Of a DNA stretch of 64,000 nt, positions 54,910 to 64,000 are shown piece after piece (the first letter of the stretch is position 1; each line of letters begins with the position of its first letter). The stretch spans positions 68,696,001 through 68,760,000 of the forward strand of contig OZ024743.1 of the NCBI GenBank assembly GCA_964016885.1, given 5' to 3'. The notes below the pieces were generated by a model, which saw only the letters and a program-made list of their open reading frames with translations, was not told the DNA's origin and searched no databases. Made by a program: the position numbers and the translations under genes. Source of the stretch: Eledone cirrhosa (Eukaryota).

Positions 54910-57900
54910 ATAATAATAGTAATAATAATAATAATGCTTTCTTTATTAACCACAAGGGTTTACATAAAGTAGACATTAAGGACAGTACATGACAATACAG
55001 GACGGTACAAATGGGCATTTCTGCGTGTAAAAAAAACAAACCAGGATGTAACAAAAAATAACAATGAAAAATTCCCCAATACAGGGGAAAATTCCGAGGG
55101 ACATTTGTAGAAAAAGCCCATTAAAAGGCCACAGTGACCCTGACCACCAGCACAAGTGCACTCTCCAAGTTTTCCACCTTTAATTTACAGACACATACTC
55201 AGAGTAGGCCCATTCACTCGGACCATTCTTGCCTCTCTCACCCATCTTTCAACAAAATGCTGGGAAGAGAGCACTTTCCTCTCTAACCTGATTTTCCTTT
55301 TCAAATGAAATTTGAAAAAGTTAATCAGTGCATCACCGAACGGGTAAGTGCTCGTCTTCAGCTCTTTCAAACGTATCCACCATACTATCGCTTTCGCCAT
55401 GGCCACCAGACAGATAAAAACTGCCTGCCCTTCCCGGCTAAAGGAGGGGGACCGGGAATCCTCCCGATGGACTCAGCTGATAGCTGGATCCGTCCTACAC
55501 GTGACAGCAGGTGTTCGACATAAACCCAGGCCAGTAATTTCTGGAAGTTGTCCATAGGCCCCAGCCCGAAAGTTCTTCCAAAGAGTTTGGCTAGTTGATT
55601 TTCGTCGACGCCTAGAGTTTCCCCAAGTACGTCGTCGCATTTCCCCTCCACTAATCCTCTATAAAACGCCGAGGGGGAGTTTCCACCGATCACATTGCCC
55701 GATTGGTCGAGGTCAGTGAGCGCCTGAAGACATTCCAATCTCCAAGCGCTCCCTCTCGATCTTCGCTTGACCCAGGACTGCAGCTCCGTCAAGAAGACGA
55801 GCTGGGGAAAGACGCGTCTAGCAAAAGGCGACCACACCTGGTCACCGTCGAGGAAGAGGTGGAGATGTCGTAGTCTGAGTGCGTGTCTGCACATCACCAG
55901 CCACGGCATGCCCAGCCACCCACGTAGCGGGTGTTGACAGCAGATGGACGGCCTGTCCATCGGTGCGCGTCCCTTCCACAAAACCCGAAAGAGCAAACGC
56001 TCCAGTGCAGTCAGGCGAGGCTTAGGACAAGGTACGACGGTCAGGCGGTAGTAGATGACGGACGCGATGTACGCGTTGGCCATCTCCGCTCGACCATTCA
56101 GGGATAGCTTCCCCTCCGCCCATTTCTGGATGAGAGAAGCCACCCTGCTCGTCACCTCGTTCCAGTTTTCGTCCGTCTGGAGGTCCGGACCGAACCAGAA
56201 CCCTAGCAATTTAACCGCTCCGTCCGTCCAGCGCCCGACAACGCTGTTGGACGGCATGGACATGCCTCTCCAGGTGCCGAGCTACAGGCCCACTGACTTT
56301 TCCTGGTTGATCGTTGCTCCTGTCACCGCTTCGTATTCTCTTAGTGTAGTGCCGATCGCCTCGATGTGTTTGGCGTTCGACACCACTACGGTGACATCGT
56401 CCGCATATGCTGACGCGGATCTTCCGCATCCTAGTTCGCGTAGGATCCCCCTCAACGTCTCCAGTTTGTGCAGTAATGGCTCGAGAGCCAATACGTACAA
56501 GAGGGACGAGAGGGGAAATCCTTGGCGGACCGAGCGAATGATGTTGAACGGTTCCGAAAGGTGACCGTTCACTCTCACCACAGAGCAGATATCGCTGTGC
56601 ATGGCAGCGATCCAGCCGCTGAAGATGGGCCCAAAGCCAGCCGCCCTCAGGACAGCCGTTAGGTAACGATGGTCGACCCTATCGAAAGCTTTCGACTGAT
56701 CTAAATTGATCAAGGACCCTCCCGTGCCAGGTTCCCCACGTACCCACTCTACGATGTATCGCATGAGGTGGAGGTTGTCGTGGATCGATCTGTCGGGAAT
56801 GGTGCATGTCTGCGCCTCTCCCACCAGACCACCAACGACAAGCGCCAACCTCTTTGCTAGCACCTTGGCCAAAATCTTGAACTCTGTGTTTAGCAGAGTT
56901 ATGGGCCTGAAATTATCTATGTTATCCCACTTGTTCGGATCCTTTCTCAGCAACGCCACAGCTCCTCGGCTTACAGAGCTGGGAATTCTCCCGTTCTGTT
57001 GCCAGTTGCAGTAGACGTCCGCCAAGATGCCTCCGAACATGTCTGGCATCTGTACGTAAAGTGCATAGGGCAGATGATCCAAACCAGACAGGATCGTGGC
57101 TTTGTTGCCACGACGCGCATCCGCCACTCGGGCCCATTGAACGGCTTTCGTCCCCTCGGGTCTGAGAGCACGCACCCTAGCTCTGACAACACAGCCTTCG
57201 TGGTTTGCATTGAAGAATTGGTCAAGGGCCAATTTCGCCGCAAGTACGCCGGTCGCGATGTCTTTGCTAAGCGCCTCGTCTAATTTTCTAACTAGATCTC
57301 CTTCTGCTCTATCTTTCTCTATTGCTAAAGCCTTACTCAACCTAATGGACTGTATTCTAATCACTCTTTTCAGAGCAAACCACCACTTGTTTTTGACGAT
57401 AGCACCCGTCAACGCTCGCTTAACTAGTTCGTTAATCTGGTCTCTGTAAGGCTTGCGCGCTGGTAAGGACGCGTTTAGCTTCCACTAGCCGGGTCCTCGT
57501 CTATGAAGCCTATCTAAGTCAAGCACACAGATCACGATTTTTTGGTCCGTGTAGCTGATTATCTTGAATTGTGGACAGCCTATGCTTGAACTATCTATTT
57601 CCCTACAAAATACTCTATCTAGATATGATCTGGATGACCCTATTCGGTTTGTCCAAGTCCACATTGGCACATTCGACAAATCCAATCGGTACCTGTTAGA
57701 CAGGTAAAAACGCCTGAGCAGGTTGGTGATGATCTTCCACCCTCCTCCCCTATCCGCTAATCCCACACAGTCCCAGCGTGCATCCAAGATCCCGTTGCAG
57801 TCGCCCACTAACTCTAAAGAGCGGGACGTTCCGAGAAAGGTTTCCAGACGCCGGAAGAAATCAGTCCGCCCTGCTCCTGTCGGGACATAGACGGCCACTA

Positions 57901-58530
57901 GTCTGAAACCTTACCCGTCTCCGCTGGTCACGTCCAGCACCACCAACTTACCTTCTGGGTCCAGGAAGATGGCCCGTATGGCGAGATCCAAACCACTCCG
58001 AAAAAGCATAGCACTCCCCCCCCCCACCCCCCACCGATCCAGGACGGCTGGGAGATGCGTACACAGCGTAGCCGCCGAAGATCGGTGCGAAGGCCTGTGC
58101 TTCGGAGATTCTGGTCTCGCTGATGGCCACTACATCTATGTTTAGTGACCTGAGGTCGTTGAGTAGGTGACCCTGCTTCCATGACGACCCCAACGATGCG
58201 CATTTATGCTGCCTATTCTGAGTGAGGTCATGTTGAAATGGAGTGGAAAATATGGGAAAGACCACTTACCTTATTTCTCGTAGAGGATGGATGGTTTCTC
58301 CATCCCTTTTCACTTTATCGTCTGGTGAAGGGACCGTTGAATCCTCCCTTCGGCTGGTCGTCGGTTCTTCTGTGAGTATATCCGAATGTACTCTCCGGTT
58401 GAGTGTCCCTCCTAGGTCTCTGAAATCACCAACTGCGTAGGGGAAATTTATTTTAATATTTGTGTATTGTTTCTGTGCTATTCTTACGAGTCTTATGTTC
58501 GTTGGTGTTTTGATTGGTGCTGGTATTATA
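54904..58530 (-). mobile_element. L1/Tx1-clade LINE copy D (ORF2 and 3' UTR of the copy C subfamily), 5'-truncated in ORF1, with internal deletions and a (TAA)n tail
   Basis: 3' UTR 54935-55184 nearly identical to 6522-6765; ORF2 ATG at 58231; deletions near 57088 and 55530. Confidence 0.92.
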
Positions 58531-58677
58531 CCTACATATAAATAGGCCGTTAGGAAAACGCGGGAATTATAGACTTGTTGAAATTTCATTACTTCAAATT
58601 TCATTACTAGAAATAGCAGCACAATACAACAAGTCTATAATTCCCGCTTTTTCCTAACGGTCTATTTATGTGTAGGT
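58529..58677. repeat. Inverted repeat (~50-bp arms) at the 5' junction of LINE copy D
   Basis: ACCTACATATAAATAGGCCGTTAGGAAAACGCGGGAATTATAGACTTGTTG and its reverse complement at 58628-58677. Confidence 0.85.
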
Positions 58678-59023
58678 CACTTTACCGGCCTGACCTCATA
58701 CATTGGGCAGAAAGCAATATATTTGCTACCACAAGGCTTTTGAAGAGCTCATTCGTTCCATTAGGAATTATTTGAATTTCCAATCTTTTGATAAGCGAAA
58801 GCGTCGGTCATAACACTAGTACAGGTGAATATTTAAATGGTATTTTAATTTATTTAAAAGTTTGTGTAATGTTTACTTTTTCCGCTCATTTTTATAATTC
58901 TGGTATCTGAAATTAGTACCATAGAATAACCACTGTTAAAGACACCATATTTATTTCCGTGGATACTTAGAACCTACTGGATTATTTATATCATTTATTT
59001 ATATATATGTATATATATGTATA

Positions 59024-59094
<71 letters not shown>

Positions 59095-59096
<2 letters not shown>

Positions 59097-59279
59097 CAAA
59101 GGAATTGTGGTAAGGAACCAGATGGACCATAACGCATTAGAGTACTCAATACTTAAGGTAGTAGAGTGGGAAATGGGAAAAAGTATGACCTCGACGGCAG
59201 AGCACAAGCCGTTTCGACGGCTATTTCAATAGCCGTCGAAACGGCTTGAGCTCTTCCGTCAGGGTCATACTATTTCATA
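59095..59279 (-). mobile_element. Second fold-back mini-insert of the family A pLTR 3' end
   Basis: GCCGTTTCGACGGCTATT-TC-AATAGCCGTCGAAACGGC; tail homologous to 49280-49356. Confidence 0.9.
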
Positions 59280-59309
59280 TATATATATATATATATGTAT
59301 GTATACAGG

Positions 59310-60181
59310 CATACATATATGTATACATACTTACAGTAGTATCTATATATATATACATACATGCACACATATATATATATGTACGTATGGATTCATAGGA
59401 CATTTATTATAATGTTCGGTGTGTTTGCAAACAAACATCCCTTATTAAGCCGTAGTGTCTAGCAACCATCGGTGCTCGTTTGTTCAACACTGACAAAAGT
59501 ACTCTATACTAGTTTCAAGCTTATTAGCTATCGTCAGCAACGTATACCTTCCTGCGAGATTGTTGAACGTATACACTTACCTTATGCATATTAACGGCTG
59601 AGTAGCCCAATTTGCATATCGAGTGGGTTAATCGGCCGGGTGCACCGAAATTGTTATACGGAAAAAATGAAACGAAATTTCATTTCCCCCTCTTAGGACG
59701 GTTGTTACTTAAATATAAGTATTTACACGTACATACATATATGTATACAGACGTACAGTAGTATGTATATATATATACATACATGCACACATATATGTAT
59801 GTACGTATGGATTCACCGAATATTTATTATAATTCTCGGTGTGTCTGTAAACAAACATCCCGTATTAAGCCGTAGTGTCTAGCAACCATCGGTGCTCGTT
59901 TGGTCAACACTGACAAAGGTACTCTGTACTAGTTTCAAGCTTATTAGCTATCGTCAGCAACGTATACCTTCCTGCGAGATTGTTGAACGTATATACTTAC
60001 CTTATGCATATTAACGGCTGAGTAGCCCAATTTGCATATCGAGTGGGTTGATCGGCCGGGTGCAGCGAAATTGATATACGGAAAAAATGAAACGAAATTT
60101 CATTTCCCACTCTTAGTACGGCGGTTACTTAAATATAACTATGTACATGTACATACATATATGTATACAGACGTACAGTAG

Positions 60182-60228
<47 letters not shown>

Positions 60229-60671
60229 GCACACATATATATATGTACGTATGGATTCACCGAAGATTTATTATAATGCTCGCTGTGTTTGTAAAAAAAA
60301 CAACCCGTATTAAGCCGTAGTGTCTAGCAACCATCGTTGCTCGCTTGTTCAACACTGACCAAGGAACGCTGTACTAGTTTCAAGCTTATTAGCTATCGTC
60401 AGCAAAGTATACCTTCCTGCCAGATTGTTGAACGTATATACTTACCTTATGCATATTAACGGCTGAGTAGCCCAATTTGCATATCGAGTGGGTTGATCGG
60501 CCGGGTGTACCGAAAACGATAAACGGAAAAACTGAAATGAAATTTCATTGTATGTATATATATATACATACTACTGTACGTCTGTATACATATATGTATG
60601 TACGTGTACATACTTATATTTAAGTAACAGCCGTACTAAGAGTGGGAAATGAAATTTCGTTTCATTTTTCC

Positions 60672-60673
<2 letters not shown>
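59310..60673 (-). mobile_element. Tandem array of ~420-bp non-coding units, each with a type I hammerhead (non-LTR retrozyme-like, family F), plus a 125-bp inverted end
   Basis: Period 420 (59461/59881); HHRs at 59499-59548, 59918-59968 and 60363-60413: CTGACGA-T-AGCT AATA AGCT-T-GAAA-CTAG-TA; 60549-60673 is the reverse complement of ~60075-60195. Confidence 0.88.
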
Positions 60674-60718
<45 letters not shown>

Positions 60719-60893
60719 TGTATATACATATCTGTGTGTGTGCATGTGTGTGTTTGTGTGTGTGCGCGCGCGCCCTCGTCATGCCAATACCAGTAATTGT
60801 TGCGAGCCAGGTGTTAGTTTCCTGGGAGGTGAGGACAGAATTAGTAGGTTTACATACATCCATTCACACACACAGGCACACACACACACACAG

Positions 60894-61271
<378 letters not shown>

Positions 61272-61278
61272 TGTGTGT

Positions 61279-61321
<43 letters not shown>

Positions 61322-61523
61322 GACATATTGGTATGCGGGCAATGTCACTTATCTTGATATGTAATACAATTTAGAAACAGCGAAAGGGAAAAAGGAAACT
61401 AATTTAGGTTGATTCTTTTAGTGGGAGCAAAATGATTGACACGGCATTTTAATAAATATATTTATATATATATATATCACAGAAAAACAGACAACCGGTG
61501 TTGCGACGAATGAAATTTATTGG

Positions 61524-61617
61524 ACATATTACAATCGTTTCTCTGGCGACCAGCTCGAGGCAAGATCGATTTGATGATTGAACGTGACTCTGAACATCGC
61601 AAGGTCTTCAGATACGT
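61524..61617 (-). ncRNA. Type I hammerhead with long helix II, in a ~165-bp insert in (TA)n
   Basis: ACGTAT-CTGAAGA-CCTTGCGA..TCGCCAGA-GAAA-CGATTG-TA-ATATGT. Confidence 0.68.
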
Positions 61618-61651
61618 TCTGATTCTACGAAGCAGATTTTCCTATATATAC

Positions 61652-61683
<32 letters not shown>

Positions 61684-61711
61684 ATATATATATATATATC
61701 TATCTATCTAT

Positions 61712-62308
61712 CTAAGGCGGGTAAAATTCCCGAGATCCATGGACTAGTTCTCTCCAGCGGTCTCTGTCCCTCATTATCGCTGCCATATCCTGCATCTCCA
61801 ACAGACCAGTGTCTGTCCTTAGGGCATCAACATATGTTAACCTTGGTCTTCCTCTTCTAGTGTGTCCATGTAGGGGCTCCCAAAGGAGCACTGAGTGCAA
61901 TGTCAACTCTGGATGTCGGTAAGCATGTCCAGCCAACCTCAGTCTCCTCTGTGTCACTTTTGAGCTGACTTTTGGGATGCTCCCATACAGCTCTGAGTTT
62001 TTCATCCTCAGTGTATCCTGATTAATGTTCAGAGCCATCCTCAGCATTCTCGTGTAGCACCCATCCACCACCTGAGTGAGTTTCTTGGTCAGTGTCCAAG
62101 TCTCAGACCCATACAGCAGCACAGACTCCACTACAGCAATGAAGAGGCGGATTTTCAGGTCTCTACGAAGGTCCGACTTCCACACCGATCTCAAGCTGTG
62201 ACACGCCGCCCAGGCCTTGCTCTTCCTCTCAACCACATCATCCTCCGTATTCCCAATCTTTGCTCCCAAATACAGGAAGTCCTCAACCAATTCCAGCGGC
62301 TTCCCGCC

Positions 62309-62310
<2 letters not shown>
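61712..62310 (-). pseudogene. 3' fragment of an RTE-clade LINE (RT C-terminal region)
   Basis: VEDFLYLGAKI, ESVLLYGSETWTL, RMLRMAL, RLRLAGH, RGRPRLTY; short tandem-repeat tail. Confidence 0.85.
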
Positions 62311-62390
<80 letters not shown>

Positions 62391-62404
62391 TGTATGTGTG
62401 TGTG

Positions 62405-62665
62405 TGTGTAATAAACAACACAATACGATTATTACAATTACCAAATGTGTCACGAAAACAGGTGTGCTCAATAGAGACGTCTAAAATCGTTCATCGTTCC
62501 TTTCTAATGAACGGTTTCAGACGTGTCTATTGAGGTCACCTGTCTTCGCGAAACCTTTGGTAAATGGAATAATTGTATTGTTTTGTTTATTACACAATTA
62601 GATAGTTCTGTTGTATACATATAACACTCTTCCTTTTTTACCCTTTATACGGAAATACTCAATGT
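62405..62665 (+). mobile_element. Fold-back mini-insert related to the family B pLTR
   Basis: Imperfect ~90-bp arms around 62500; GAAACCTTTGGTA-AATGG at 62550, compare GAAACCACTGGTA-AATGA at 35677. Confidence 0.78.
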
Positions 62666-62677
62666 ATATATACATAC

Positions 62678-62811
<134 letters not shown>

Positions 62812-62994
62812 GTTATTAATTAGATTTTTATTTTTTAGGTTTTTCAACACATTATTGAGCGTCTGAATCTGATTTTGGGAATCGATTGTATTAGGTATGA
62901 TTTACGTTTACACAAGGTCGCGGTTGGTTTTGGTTTAATTCTGATTGTATTTACGTTCAAGTCATTGAAATGAGCGAGAGCGAGTGAAATAGAT

Positions 62995-62996
62995 TC

Positions 62997-63077
<81 letters not shown>

Positions 63078-63236
63078 GACAGAGAGATATAGATAGATGG
63101 ATAGATAGGTAGATAGATAGATAGATAGAGAGAGAGATAGAGAGAGATAGAGTGAGCGGCGGGTTATAAGAAAGTAAAATAAATAAAGCTACAGAGAGAG
63201 AGAGAGAAAGAGAGAGGGAGAGAGAAAGGGAGAGAA

Positions 63237-63308
<72 letters not shown>

Positions 63309-63345
63309 GGAGAGAGAGACACACACAGAGAGAAAGAGAGTGAGA
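62995..63345. repeat. (GATA)n followed by (GA)n microsatellites
   Basis: Direct reading. Confidence 0.95.
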
Positions 63346-64000
63346 GAAGCTGTTGCATGAAATCCCTAATGTCACTCCACTAGAGTAACCAGTAGCCACA
63401 TACATGTCAAAGTGATGGATCACTAAACCTTCTGTGGGGATTTATCTTAAAAGGGCTGGGATTACGGAGAATATGTCTTGCAATTGAAGATAACTAAACC
63501 CTCATTAATTATCGAATGGAGGGTATGGATGGCAACGAGGACAATATAACAATGGCTGAATCCTTAATAAAATATGAAGTAACAGCATGTTTCTTTCTCT
63601 TATTATCTTATTGATTTTCATCCCCAGCTGATAATTGGCTAATTTTAAGATTTAGAAGTATGTGATGCAATGCATCTGATAATAGTGATTTCTAATATAG
63701 GCACAAGGCAAGAAATTAGGTGGAAAAAGACAGTCGGATATTGACATATTCGTAATGGCATCAGCTTGAAAATACCTCAGTATTTATTTCAGCACATTAC
63801 ACTTGGAGTCCAGGGTTCATCGAAGTAATCTCTAACTTTTTTCTTCCAAAAGAAATCGACTGTGATTTGACCTGGAAATTTATTGGAAATGATACGTCAT
63901 ATATCAGGACGTTGCCCCTTAAGATTACATATGAAGTTGAAAACCCTTTAACTTCCCTTTAAATTATCGACTCCTAAAGAATGGAAGCTAACGTTTAATT

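Overview
Gene-free, very repeat-rich eukaryotic DNA. The tRNA-derived Nin/Deu- and CORE-type SINEs and the dense (TA)n/(CA)n tracts suggest a cephalopod (Octopus-like) genome; this is inferred, not verified. No host gene is recognisable. Contents: four L1/Tx1-clade LINEs on the minus strand (three stacked head-to-tail at 0.4-12.6 kb, one of them apparently full length in a (TAA)n tract; a fourth at 55-58.5 kb); a near-intact R4/Dong-clade RT-RLE retrotransposon (13.8-17.5 kb, one in-frame stop); CRE and RTE 3' fragments; non-autonomous Helitron-like elements; and several Penelope-like (PLE, GIY-YIG) relics. The main non-coding signal, read by eye: about 20 type-I hammerhead ribozyme (HHR) motifs from at least 8 unrelated sequence families, nearly all inserted in (TA)n. 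They include a ~420-bp tandem retrozyme-like array (59.3-60.7 kb), a palindromic element carrying a tRNA cloverleaf, and several fold-back inserts whose symmetry axis lies on the loop of HHR helix II. All RNA folds were paired by hand and none was tested.
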